Shown here: positions 29,734-42,700 of the stretch, one piece after another
Layout of the letters: each line of letters opens with the position of its first letter
How positions within the stretch are numbered: the stretch's first letter is position 1
NCBI GenBank assembly: GCA_964035545.1
Contig: OZ037765.1
Span: forward strand, 9,682,698 to 9,746,697
Reading direction: 5' to 3'
DNA length: 64,000 nt
Source: Bugula neritina
Lineage: Eukaryota; Animalia; Bryozoa
Notes under the pieces: generated by a model
The model's database searches: none
The model's input: the letters and a program-made list of their open reading frames with translations, nothing else
What the model was told of the DNA's origin: nothing
Made by a program: the position numbers and the translations under genes

Positions 29734-30357
29734 TTTCAAGCTTAGAATATTTATATTTTATACTTATAGTAATATAATAATAAGTCAACACTAAAAGAGG
29801 CAACGGTACCAGTTTACCACAACATAGCTATTATTATGTAAGTGCAAGATGAGGATCACTGCAAGCTTAACCGCTTGCATTAACAGTCGTTGGGCTTCCC
29901 TTACCCCCTCAACTTCAAGCTGGCTCTTTTTCTTTTTGATTTTCTTTTCTTCTTTCGCGATGATGCTCCCCGCACAGAATTTAGCTCCAACGATCATATA
30001 CTAGTAGTACTTAGTGTTTGTGAATCCAAGTACAAAATCTATTGAAAATTTATTTGAGTAATAGTAGTTTTTGCACAAATTTTAATTTGTAATTTAGAAT
30101 TGAAAAAAACGAATATTATACTTTCATATAAGTATCAAATGTAGTATTTGGTTCATCACGATGCAGAACGCGCAAAATGCTACACGTTAGTTTCCGGTTT
30201 TTCCACTTTCAAAAGTGGTTGGTATAAACATAAAATTAAATGTTATAATATTTATATTATCTAGTACAATTACCTAATCATAGGACAAGCTGAAAGCTCG
30301 AAAAATTACCTGATTTATTTTTGCTGTAGACAGTGTTAAAAGTTTGTTATACAAGAA
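29734..30357. promoter_or_regulatory. Putative bidirectional promoter between SMARCC and COPZ1
   Basis: Head-to-head ATGs separated by 624 bp. ETS-like core (TTTCCGGT) at 30191-30198. Inferred from gene arrangement. Confidence 0.6.
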
Positions 30358-33300
30358 ATGGATTCATCGCTAGCGGTCAGTATAAGTACTTATAGTTATA
30401 CTTATACTACACTTGAAGTTGAACTTAAACTTAAAGTTAAACTTAATATTATATTTATACTTATAGTTATACTACTTAATCTTATACTTTAACTTATAGT
30501 TACAGAGTTAGACTATCGATAGTTCCTTTGAAATTGAATCGTTCGCTTTCAGTTCGTGTTTCAAATTTAAACTTAATCTAAATTGAAAGTGAGACCAAAG
30601 TCCACATTTATGAAAATATCGATATTCTTATTCTAAGTAACCTTTACCTATGGGCTATGAGTATGAGTATGATTTTTGATGTGTTAACTTGTCAGTGTAT
30701 AAATCTTAGAAATCATTAACTTTAAGTTTAAGTTATAGTTATAGTTGTTGGCAGCGGCTCATTTAACTTTAAGTTTGCATTTGCTTTGTTAATGTTATTG
30801 ACAAAAGTTTATGAGTGCTATGAATCCAACCTTGGTTATGTGAGCCTACTTGCAACAACTGTTAAAATTCATACAATAGTTTGTTCAAATGCTTCTCAGT
30901 TTGTCTTTCTTGTTCAAAATTGATGTTATAATGCATACTAAATATATTTAATTTGTTTTCCTATAGGAACTATCACATGCTTGTAGCCTGTTTTTTTATT
31001 TTTAATATATGTGTGAAAATAATTATAGTGTAAATATTTATTTAAGTATTTATTTTTTCAAGTCCTGCTAATACTGCTTTATGAAATAGGCTACCAAGTG
31101 TTCACGGTACAACTTCTGTAACATAAAAACCATTTTCAAAATTTGCAGTTTGTATTTAAAAATATGCAATACAGTGTTTCTTTACTTAACATAATACATT
31201 TAGTAGCAGCTCAAAACACAAAATACAACAACTTGCTAGGAGATCCCCAACTTGTTAGGTATTTGAAATATTTATAACAATTAGATAATTTTGTTTTTAT
31301 CCTATTTTTATAAACAACTTTGACTTTTAATTTGAAAAGTCACTTAAAATATTGTCAGTTCATATTTGAATAGGTTTGAATGAACTTCTTGCTTTTCTCA
31401 ACTTGAATCATACTTGAGTGTTTTTCCAAACAATAAATGGACTGAAAGTTTCTAGCTACTAATTCAACTTGCTTTAAATACAACTCTGTTTTGATGTATA
31501 ATACTGCCTCACTACACGTGCTGTAAGAATAAGTATCGTTAGTTACTCATAGTTTAGCTCAATTTTCATTTTGGCTTGTGTTATTTTATAGGATCCAACA
31601 CTTTACTCCATCAAGGCAATTTTAGTTATGGATAATGATGGAGCAAGACTAGTCTCTAAGGTAAACTATGTTTTATTAATTTGTTTTTATAAAGACTGAA
31701 GCTTACAAAAAACTTATGTAATACTAAGCATCGTGGGTGTCATAATTTCCTACTTCTTCAAAATCATACCCAACTATCCAAATTGTTTTTTTTTTCAAAT
31801 AAATAGTAATTTTAAATAGATTTTACATGAATAAATTTGGTCATTAATTTGGTATGCTTATCTCTTTGATGTAGTTATTTCAGTTAAAGTTCATAAGGTA
31901 TTTTGTTCGTGACGTATATTATTCTGACAACCTCTGTGAGCAGTAGTACAAACACATGCCTTTTCAATTTCTGAGGTTATATTATGTTTAATTATTTTCA
32001 GTACTTTGACAAGTCATTTCCAACAATTAAAGAACAGAAAACATTTGAAAGAAACCTGTTCAACAAAACACACCGAGCAAATGGTAAGTTGTAATACGCA
32101 TCATTAATGTGCTATTAATGATGTGCATTCTGTATTTTAATATTCATTTGTTTTTTATACAGCGACTTTTGTCTCTTGTCTGTAGGATAAGTAGATGTCA
32201 CTTGTTATTAATAGTTTTGTCAGATAAGAGTCTTAACTAGCTTGAAACCAATTGGTACCTTTTTTATTCTATCTAAAACTCAAAATCAGTCAGTTTTCTT
32301 ATTTGACTGCACACCAGATATTTTCAACTAACATTTTTTTATATATGATATATTTCAGCTTATCACGGTCAGCAGCACAAAATTTTCATTGTTTTATTGA
32401 TTATTTTACTTTATGGTCTTAAGTAATTCTTGAAACATTGTATGCAGATTAAACCCTAGTGTACATTATTGCGTAACATCTTTCTACAAACTGCTTATTT
32501 ATTTTTAGCTGAGATAGTGATGTTTGAGGGTCTAACTTGTGTCTATAGAAGTAGTGTTGATTTATTCTTTTATGTGGTTGGAAGCTCCAATGAAAACGAG
32601 GTAATTTTTTCATCAATTTAATTTATCTTCACATTGGTTTCTTGTCATTATTGTATTTCAACTCTGTCCATATTTATTTCAATATTTAATGATTCCTGGT
32701 TTCAGTTAATATAATCCAAATATGTGAGCAGGAACCACCAATTATTTTACAAACAGATAACCAATATATATATTTATGGTTCAGATTTGGAGTTGTCTGT
32801 AAATATCACTATCCATACAGACTGTTAGATCAGGACTGTTTATACTTGTTTATATTATGCATGCCTCTGTTGATGGGTATGTTTGGTTTGTAGCTGCTGC
32901 TCATGAGCGTACTAAACTGCTTATTTGACTCTGTCAGTCAAATGCTGCGGAAGAATGTTGAAAAGAAGATGTTGTTGGATAAACTAGACAGTGTATTTTT
33001 AGCCATAGATGAAATATGCGATGGCGGGTAAGGCATAAAGCATTCTACAAGTAAATAGGGACATATTGTATCAAACAAGATTTGATTAGAAAAGCTTCCA
33101 TTGGTCGAGGTTTCATTGCTCAAATTTGTTTACAGTAGAGTTTAGCCCTTAAAGTTTAGATTTGATATCTTTCAATATACCGCACTGCTGGGTAGGATGG
33201 TTCAGCTTGGAGCAAAGTATTGTAATACTATGTTTCTCTAGATCCTCAGCAATACCCACTAACTGTCTTTAGTTGTACATATACATTTTATTTCAGCATT

Positions 33301-33821
33301 TTACTGGAATCAGATCCCAACACAGTAGTATCTAGGGCAGCTGTAAAACAAGATGACATACCACTGGGCGAGCAAACTGTCTCACAGGTATGGTACAGCT
33401 GTCTAGCTAATCTCTATTTATTTACAAGTTCCATATTTTTGATATACTTATCAAGCCAAACAAAATAGTTTCTTAGTTAACAGTAGATTTGAAAAATAGT
33501 TCTTTAGTTTTTTGCAAGCCTGTTCACGGTGAGTTACCAGATATTTTTCAAGTCTATAGATATTTAATTATTTTGTTTCAAATATACCTTGTGCCTTTGC
33601 TATGTTTGTGGCTAATTATATGTATTATTTTTTACATTCACTGCAAGCATTTGACATGGTGCATTTTCTCTTGCAAGCACGTGTTGCATATCAACAAAGA
33701 GCTGTTATAGTGACACTTGTACTAGTTAAGAAAATGTTGCCCGCAGACTGAGCTGTAATTATTTTTCATGCAGGTTCTGAGTATAGCCAAGGAACAGATC
33801 GGATGGTCAATACTCAAGTGA
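30358..33821 (+). CDS. COPZ1: Coatomer subunit zeta; multi-exon
   Basis: Exons read manually: 30358-30375 (MDSSLA), 31592-31660 ([23 protein letters not shown]), ~32002-32083 ([27 protein letters not shown]), ~32509-32600 ([30 protein letters not shown]), ~32894-33028 ([25 protein letters not shown]...AIDEICDG), ~33297-33387 ([13 protein letters not shown]...EQTVSQ), 33774-33821 ([15 protein letters not shown]). Collinear with recalled human COPZ1. AATAAA at ~33895. Missed by the ORF track. Confidence 0.95.
30380..30790. repeat. Degenerate hexamer tracts in COPZ1 intron 1
   Basis: tatagt tatact ... tgaagt tgaact taaact taaagt taaact; tatgag tatgag; ttaagt ttaagt tatagt tatagt. Confidence 0.75.
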
Positions 33822-34375
33822 AACCTACCAACATTTTTTAATCTGACTGTGTATAAAAGCTATGGCTGTATTAGTAGTTTCAGTAGTTTTTTTCAATAAA
33901 CTATTAATATTGTATGTAAACACTGTTTACTGTGGTATATAATCTATGTGACCTAATACCTAATGTTAGTCAAGTATTTATTTGTTACTTTTTCTCTATC
34001 TTCGATGTATTACAAATTGAAATAATGTTCATAATAAAATATATATATATGACACAACCAGTCTGTTAGGTCCTTACATAACCAACTCAGTTGTTGATGA
34101 CCATTTTTGAAGAACTGGTACAGCTTTGTCATTTTGTTTCAAACTAGAGGGCGTATATTTCAAGTGGCACTCCATCACTATCTGGTACCCGCCTCTAATT
34201 GTGCTTTCAAGTGGTCATAAACTACTCAAATGGTACTTCATCAGATTTTCTGTGATTTAATGTTAGTCTGCTCACAGAATTTTGAGTGAGTTGGGGCTGG
34301 TTGTAGATTAACATAGCAAGTTTTTTCTCACTTCGAATGTCCATATAGCAAGGTTGAAACAGAAATCAGCCCAAT

Positions 34376-35719
34376 ATGCCGACTCATATTAACTATTCGG
34401 AGTTTATCAACAGTGACAGAAGTTTTCTTGTACCTGGTCTTCAACGAAAAGTTACTATCCGGACATTTGTTATTGCCACCTTGACTGCGGTATTCTGTAC
34501 CACAGCCATAGCGTGCAGTATAGCTCTTATGGTAGCGCATGGGGAAACTAGGACTACAACAACTCGAGTTGATATTGCAGAAGTTTGCACTACCCAAGCT
34601 TGTTTCTCCTCCACTGCTTTAATAGTTGCATTCAGGAATAATGACACCAACCCTTGTGATAACTTCTATCAGTATGCTTGTGGTAAGTATGATATAATAA
34701 TGGATAATAATGAATGCACTCAAGAGCAATACTGCCTAGTTGTTACTCACAGTTGACTCATTGCTAGTGCTATAAGTTTCACCTGAATAAATTGGTGACT
34801 CCAGCCTTTATTTGCCACATTATTTCTATTTGCTAAAACCTCTACTTGTTTTGAAATAAAACTCTTGCTTTGCATTCACCTTGATTACTACTACAAAAGT
34901 TGACTTTACCGTTTTCAAAGTTTCAGTACTTATAAGCTTCTACAGACTTAAACATTTCGTTATTCTATTGGCTCCATCAATTGTGGCAAAGCCTAATTAT
35001 GTAGTTCTGTATGATATGTGTAATACTTACCTAGCTGTAACACCAAGTGGTTTTGTAGGAGGCTGGAATAATATATTTCCGAAATCGTCTCTTCATTCTG
35101 ATGAAAGAGAGAGAACAATATTTCATAAATTAGAGGAGAATGCAGAAAAGAACATAGAAAAGGTTTTACTTCAACCGGCAGCTGGTAATGCCCCTTCATA
35201 TGAGAAGAAAATAAAGCAGTTTTATGCAACATGCATTGATGATTTCAGTGAGTATAAACTAATTTCTTGCATACATTTTTTCATGTAACTTGAAACCAAG
35301 TAGTATTGTAAATATATTTATTTTTGAAAGTGCCTTTACTATTCATATATGCGATTTTAGTATTTGAACATATTTCAGTTGTAATTAGTATATCTGTAAT
35401 AAATTTAATATATTACATGGCCATTGTGGCATACACTTAGAAAGCCTATATTCATGCTGACATTTCCTAGACACTACTGCTTTACTTGATGCATTCATGT
35501 AACTTTTTATTTTCAGCCATTTCCAGCCAAGGTGGCAAGCCTTTTATTGATCAAATAATAAGCGATTCTTTCGGATGGAATGCACTGCCTGGCTGGAATG
35601 AAGAAACATATGACCTGACAAAGGCAATGAAAAAGGTGCATTCCACTTTCTGGCAACCATCCCTCTTCAATATTCAGATATCAACAGACTGGGAAAACAG
35701 GTCAAAGAATGTCATTGAG
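34376..35719 (+). CDS. M13 (neprilysin/ECE-like) peptidase, alternative N-terminal module A (3 exons, 233 codons)
   Basis: Exons 34376-34682, 35059-35247 and 35517-35719, all GT-AG and in frame. They encode a cytosolic tail, a type II TM helix (FVIATLTAVFCTTAIACSIALMVA), CTTQAC...NPCDNFYQYACGGW and FYATC, ending ...KNVIE at a phase-0 donor (GAG|GTAAAC). Confidence 0.85.
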
Positions 35720-36763
35720 GTAAACATAGCAAGTAATAAGAGACTATTCAGGTTTTGCCATAACAATTAACTGAGTTGAACCCTGCCAAATGTGTTGTAC
35801 TAATGGTGTTACTATTTTTGATAATCTCTCCCCACTGTTCCAACCAAAGGTATTAACACATACAACAAGTCCAACGTTTTAAACTCTGGTCACCCTGTCA
35901 TGTACTATATATTTCCACTGCATGAGAATGCTACTTCTCAGATTGAAATTTCTTTAGGGTTATTTTGTTCCATACTTCTTGTACTTGACAATTTAATGCT
36001 TATTACAATTATCCTTACAGCATACATGCATATATTGGTTCTATTTTCAAATTACTGCAGTGGTATTTAAGCTATAATACTTATTTGGTATATGAGTATA
36101 TCACATAATAATTATAAAATAATGTAAGATAAAAAGTAGAATTTTCACCTCTCCTCTCAACTTTATTAAGCATACATTGTGATTTGCTTGATATATCGTG
36201 GGTAGCTTAAGAAAGTTTCAAAAGAATGACTTCATCTCCAATTTTATACCGTAGTTTATTTGTGATATTATGTTTACTTGGCTACAACTATCTAAATCAA
36301 AGCACTAGATGTAAAGCTCGTAATGATCCATTAGTACATCAATCAATCAACCCTTTACAATAACTAGAAGCAAGTTTGTAGAAATCGGACTCTTTTCTAC
36401 TTGTGCAGACGAATAGTTTTGATCCTGGCACATATAACTGAAGTGGTCTATCCATATTTTTATAGCAGTGTTGCAATAAATCACCACTCTTGGTGAATTG
36501 CTGATAGTGGCAAAATATTCACTTAGCATTAAAACATACAAGTGCCATTGGGGGGAGTTGTTACACGATGATAACTTCAACAGAAGCCACTTGTGATAAT
36601 GGAGGTGCAATCTATTTGCTGGCACAAGATAATTCCTACATTTTATTGCTGCTGGTTTAATGAGATTAGTCGAGTATAGTTATTAAAGGGAACAGTCTGT
36701 TTCGAGCTGGAGAGCTGTTGAGGAGCTTGTAATATAAAGTTAGTGCGACACCTCAACACAAAT

Positions 36764-39700
36764 ATGTCGGACGGCGTTTTCTCTACAGCAAAATCTAGTG
36801 AAAAGTACACTATAGGAAAGTTGCAGCTCATGAAAACTGAGCTTATTCTCTGTGTTATTGGTTTGATAAGCTTGATCATACTAATAACAGTTGCTATACT
36901 TTTGGGAGCCGGCATTGGAAGCCAAGATAAAGAAATAGAAGAGACATCAATCAACATTGTTGTACCAAAAGAGTGTCTTGAGCCACAGTGTCTTGAAGCT
37001 AGCAGCACATTAGTGTTGCTTCGTAACACAAGTGTTGACCCTTGCAATAATTTTTATCAATATGCCTGCTCAAGTAAAATATGGTCGACAGAAAGATTAA
37101 AGCCAGACGAAAGAGAGTTTTCTACGTTGCATCAGCTTGAAGAAGAGAATGAAGAAAGAGTGAGAAATGCTTTGGGTTCACCAATCAGAAGGTCTGTTGA
37201 ATGGTCTGCAGAGTTAAGGATGAAGAAGTTTTATCAGTCTTGTTTGAACACATACGGCAATTCAGCAGAGGGTCCAAAAGATTTTATGGAAAAAATACTC
37301 ACCCCTGCTGGTGGTTGGTACATGATCAACACTATGGACGAACAGCAGTATGATATCACTAATGCGCTCACAAAAGTGCACAGTAACTTTTGGCTCACGA
37401 GCTTATTTAGTGTAACAGTAGCTCGTGATGACCTTTATAATCAACGAAATATACTTGAGGTTAGTGTATATGAAGTCGACTGTCAACTATTCTATAGTTT
37501 TCAATATTTTTTTAAAGCTGTTTATAAAAATATCATTTCTTACAAATAGATCGGACTTGGTGGGCTAACTCTCAGATGGTGGGATTACATTGGTACAACC
37601 TCAAAACACCAAAAGGTAGGCCATGTAGCTTATAACTTTATAGTTCTCCATAAAATAAAGTTGCAGCAGAATAATTAAGTTCTAATTAAAATTATTGCTT
37701 CCAATAAACATAGAAATAATGGTTATTCTAAACTTGGGTTAAATAATTTCTTGGGCTAGGTATTTATTATGAAACATTTCTTGTATAAGTTTAAACAAAC
37801 ATATTTTTAAAATATAATAAACCATATACATATGCCTTCAAAAGCATGCAGTAAATATTTATATCATATTAACATTATCCATAAAGTGAACATGTATTTC
37901 CTATATCATAGCATATAATTGTCACTTATATTCCTTTTGCTATTACACTATTGCAAAAATTGAAGATATAAACAATTTTTTTTAAATATTTATAAACTCA
38001 TGCACTCACGCATAAATATTTTCTCCCAAATATTTATATTTATTCATTTATTACAAACCCAGTTTCTACCCTTGTAGACTAATTTGTGCAAGTGATCTTT
38101 AGTTGCTTTAAAAACTATTTTAATGAGTAGGTAGCTAGCAACTCCAATGAACTGTTTCTTTTTGTCAATTTGCAAGACATGTTATGGGTTTACGGTGTTT
38201 CATGCTTAGCTGTTTGAAGACACAAAGAAATTCATGCGAGATGTTAGTAAACTTTTGATAAGAGACTCTGGTGAAGTTAGCGATGAAGCTCAAATTTCCC
38301 GATTATCTAATGAGTTTGCAGAAGATGTGTTTAACTTTGAGCAACAACTTGCCAACGTAAGTAAAGGTTATTATTCAAATTTTTAGAATTAAGTCTAAAT
38401 ACATATCTTAGAAAAGTTTCTATAGTAAGTAGATGAAAATAAACGGTCTTTTCATCTATGTATTTACAGGATAAACTGCTTTCATATTGTTGAGAATAAA
38501 ATTATTGTAGGATAGAACACTGCAAAATAGTATACCAGTAAGATGCGTGCTAAAAATCACACATCACATATTTATATTTATTTTTCTACTTAATCTAGTT
38601 TTATAACCTTATACACTTACAGATTCTATTTTATAATTTTAGTTTCACTTTAATGAGAAAAAATATGCATCAATAATTTGCTGCAGGATTTTAAATTTGT
38701 ATTAAAAAACCTGCAACACCCTTGCATGGTGCAATTTTAGTCTTTCAGCATAAAAAAACTTATGACAACAATCAATTTTGTCAATAAATTAGGAGTTATG
38801 TTCTTTTTCTCTTCAGACAACTTGGTATACTTTGCCATCTGATGACCCTCATGCCCATGAAAACCGTGTGACTGTCAGCAAGATGAATGATTTAGCTGAT
38901 GAAGTTAGTAAGATTTAATTTGCTACATCATAACAATGTGTACATTTCATAATTCAGTGTTTTTTTGTTTCACCTTATTCTACCCGTGCACAGGTTATTT
39001 ACACGTGGTCTCTAGAATTAGACAAATAAAGAAATAGGAAACAGTTCTATATACACATGATGTAATAATGTTTAAACTATATATTACTATGCAATATTTA
39101 AAGCAAACTTTCCTAAAAAACTTGCTTCCCCTGCGTGAAGTTTCCTTAGCTATTTAGTAATATAGAATAATGAGTTCGTTTTTTAATTTTTTGTACCTAC
39201 CAGAATAATTTCTGATGGCTAGCCTTTGTGTAATGTATAGCAATATGCTGATAATATATAGCAATACGGTAGTGATAAATGGTGTTCGTAAATTTTTTAT
39301 ACATTGCAGTTTGATTGGGAAGAAATCATAACAGAAATGTTTGACACAGCAAGGGTCAATGGAAATACTAAGATTGTTCTGTTGGAAAAAGAGTTCTTGG
39401 GGAAACTGAATGAACTAATCAAGAATTTACCTGAAAAGAAAAAGTTTGTATTACACCACTTTCTGCAAACTACTTTAGAAGTCTAATTCAATATTATATT
39501 TGTTGCAATTAAAAATTGATCTGTGATCTGGAATTGGTAGTTTTAAATTGAAATATGAGCTCTGCAATAACATATGTTATTGTATAAAAAAGGCCATAGC
39601 CTTTTCTGACTTAGTTAAAAAAACACAAAATCAGCATTTTGCTTTTATTTTTCAAGCTTATCATGAAGTTTCTAAAAGAATAATTTTTAAGCTGAAAGGT

Positions 39701-42700
39701 CTAAAATTTAAATTTTTGCTCATAGACTATAAAAAACTCTATTTGTGTCCTGTACAATCTTCTCCTATATTGTCTTCTATATGACATATATGATGTTTTA
39801 ATTGAATAATATATTGCAAATGTTCGGCAATTGAACCTTCTACATACATGGTACACAAAATATTTGAACATATAGTACTTTACATGCAATATGATACTTT
39901 ACATTTACAGAACGCTAAACAATTACTTTACATGGCGACTGATGCTGGGCTTTGTGACAGATCTGGGTTGGGAGTACGTGCACGCTAACAGAGAATTCTG
40001 GGTAGCCAGGACTGGTCTTGCAGAGTTTACAGGCATTCCAAAGTACTGCTTCAATAAAGTTAAATACCACTTCAGTGAAGGGCTTGGTGCTCTATACATT
40101 AGGGATCACCTTTTAACCAATGACAAGGCTACAGTAAGTTTTCACTTAATTATAAATGCTCTGTCATGGCTACCACATTGGTCTTATTATACTACTAAAC
40201 CTTCAATATTATAACTTAGTTTCCTATATTTGGTATATATGAAATTTACTAGATATTACTATTTTACATACTTTGATGGTTTTATTTTTCAGATACTGTG
40301 TCCAACTTATTGAAAAAGCAAATTTTCAACCAAATTAAATCAACTATTCCAAAATTTATTAGTAATTATAAACAAAAGTATATTTTCATGCAGGTTGATA
40401 CTTTCTAGTAATGGGTTCTGATATTCTGATTATATTACTCTTAAAGATGTTTACATTATATGCTAAGAAGTGTCTGTAAGGCTATTGATTTAATTTAAAC
40501 TGAACAATGCTCATGTGTATTACATTGCAATAATGCCAAAATAAACCTGGGCATACGGTCTCAAATATAATGTAATGTAATTATGCATGTTGAATTCTAA
40601 AAACCAGCCATAATATTCGAATAAGACAGATTGTTTACAAATTTAATAAATCTCACAGATAGATAACCTGGTGGCATATCTCAAAAGAGGTCTGCAAGAT
40701 AGACTCAACAAACTTACATGGATGGAAGAAAAATCTAGAAGAATTGCAATAGAAAAAGTAAAACTGATAGTTGACAAAGTGGGCTACCCTTCATGGATGA
40801 CAGACAATGATGTTATTGACCAGCAGTATTCCGAGGTACAGAGTATAATTTACCATGTATTTTTGTATCACACACTGGGTGTTCACAAGACCTAGCTTAT
40901 AAGTAGGATGAAGTCAAGGCATTCAAGGCAGTTCATGGTGTAAACAAACCTCTTCCAAGTCCAAGTTGAAAAATAATTTCCCCCACTGAGATTCGAACCC
41001 GAGACCTCTGGCTTGTAAGCAAGTGTGCTAAGCATTACCCCACGGAACCACTGGGTAAACTCTTCACTACACAAGTCAAGCCAATAAATCATTTACATAT
41101 GCTCCAACTATTTTCAATTGAATTACAATTATGCTTGATCAAGTATATACATAAAATGCATAATATTGTAAAGATTTCTATGTAATTAAGAAAAATTTAG
41201 CGGCTTAAATAAAAAATGAACTTGTAGCTCAATGTCTAGCTATTTTGTGATTAATACTAATTTATGATTAATTTTGCAGTTTCAGCTCACATTTGCAACA
41301 TTTAGGAGCAGTAGTGAAGATATTGAGATAGCTAATTTCTTTAATCTTATTGCTAAATTTTGGTTTGAAGCGAGGGTTAAAATTCCCTCGAGAACATAAC
41401 TTCTTATGCTACATTTCTAATCTAAAACTCGGGCTTTTCTCAATTTCTCCATTATTGCACCTAACTTCATGATGCAAAAAGTTTATCTCGTAAGTTTCTG
41501 TTAGTGCTAAAAACTTAGTTATGTAATATAACAGTCTGATATGGTAAGATGTCAAAGTCTTGTAGCATGCCATATTTTTCAAGTACTTGTGTCAGTGTGA
41601 CATCTACCCAACTTTGGTATTTAGAGTACGTTTTGTGTTTTCAGTAAAGATCACTCAAGAAATTGCAACTACATTATTTTTTATGCCGAAGAAATTTGTT
41701 TAAATGATAATTTAAATTATAATTTAGAAATTCATGTAAAACCACCTATACCTGTAACATGTTTTATGCTAACATAGGTGAAAATTGAAGAAGATCAGTA
41801 TCTACAAAATCTAATAGAGATTGCTGCTTTTGAGAAAGAGAAGGCCAATCAGCTGTTGATGAAGGGAGAAGACACAAGCAGATGGAGACTGAATGTAAGT
41901 TAGGGCTGTATAATTCCAAGTACAAATATTTGCATAAATAAAACACTTATTTGTTTTAATTTAATTTTTGCTTACAGCTGTAAAATATTTTTAGGTTTGG
42001 GAAACTGGTGGTGGTTATGATCAATGGTGGAATGAAATCTTAATTACGGCTGGGTTGTTGCAGTGGCCTATCTATGCCAGGAATTTCCCTAAATATTATA
42101 ACTTTGGCGCTTTAGGTATCACAGTAGGACACGAACTCATACACGCTGTGGATGAAATTGGTATGTTCAATTATTACACCAATATTTACCGTGACTCGTG
42201 TGGTCGACACAGAAATTAGTGCGGCATTTGATAAATGTATTGCTGCCATATATACCACTGGTAAAAAATAATTTAAGCTTGGAGTTGTGATACTACATAA
42301 AATATTAGACTGTGAATTATTTATCTTTGGCTAGTTAGTAGCATTCAAATACACTTTATCTTTGTTCTGTTTGTTAGCAAGTTACTATTTTGATAAAATA
42401 TATAGCATTCAATTTTTAATCTAATATGCTCAGTTTAGGAAGGTGATATTATGCTATTCACTCGAGCTTTTAATGCATGGAGTGCAGCACTAAAGAGTGT
42501 GTGCCAAGTTGCTGCACAGCTGGGCTTTTTTTTAAAGTGAATCAATTTTCGACTTTATGCAATAGTAACGTAGCCATTTCAATAGCTTATCTTGATGTGT
42601 TAGAAAATTGTGTAAGAGTAAAGAAAAAGTTATAAGAATTGAAAGTGAAAAAAATTTCTAAATAACATTTTGATCAACCAACAACAACAGTTCATTTTTT

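Noticed and set aside
29791-29997. Lys-rich minus-strand ORF upstream of SMARCC as an N-terminal extension or separate gene
   Set aside because: The plausible splice (donor ~29904 to acceptor ~29741) is out of frame with SMARCC, and the conserved SMARCC N-terminus begins at 29733. At most a uORF; unsupported.
40976-41056. tRNA-like sequences here and at 50840-50910 and 61390-61460 as tRNA genes
   Set aside because: A/B boxes are present but I could not form a convincing cloverleaf. They continue into non-tRNA bodies, and one has a TSD, so they are SINE heads.
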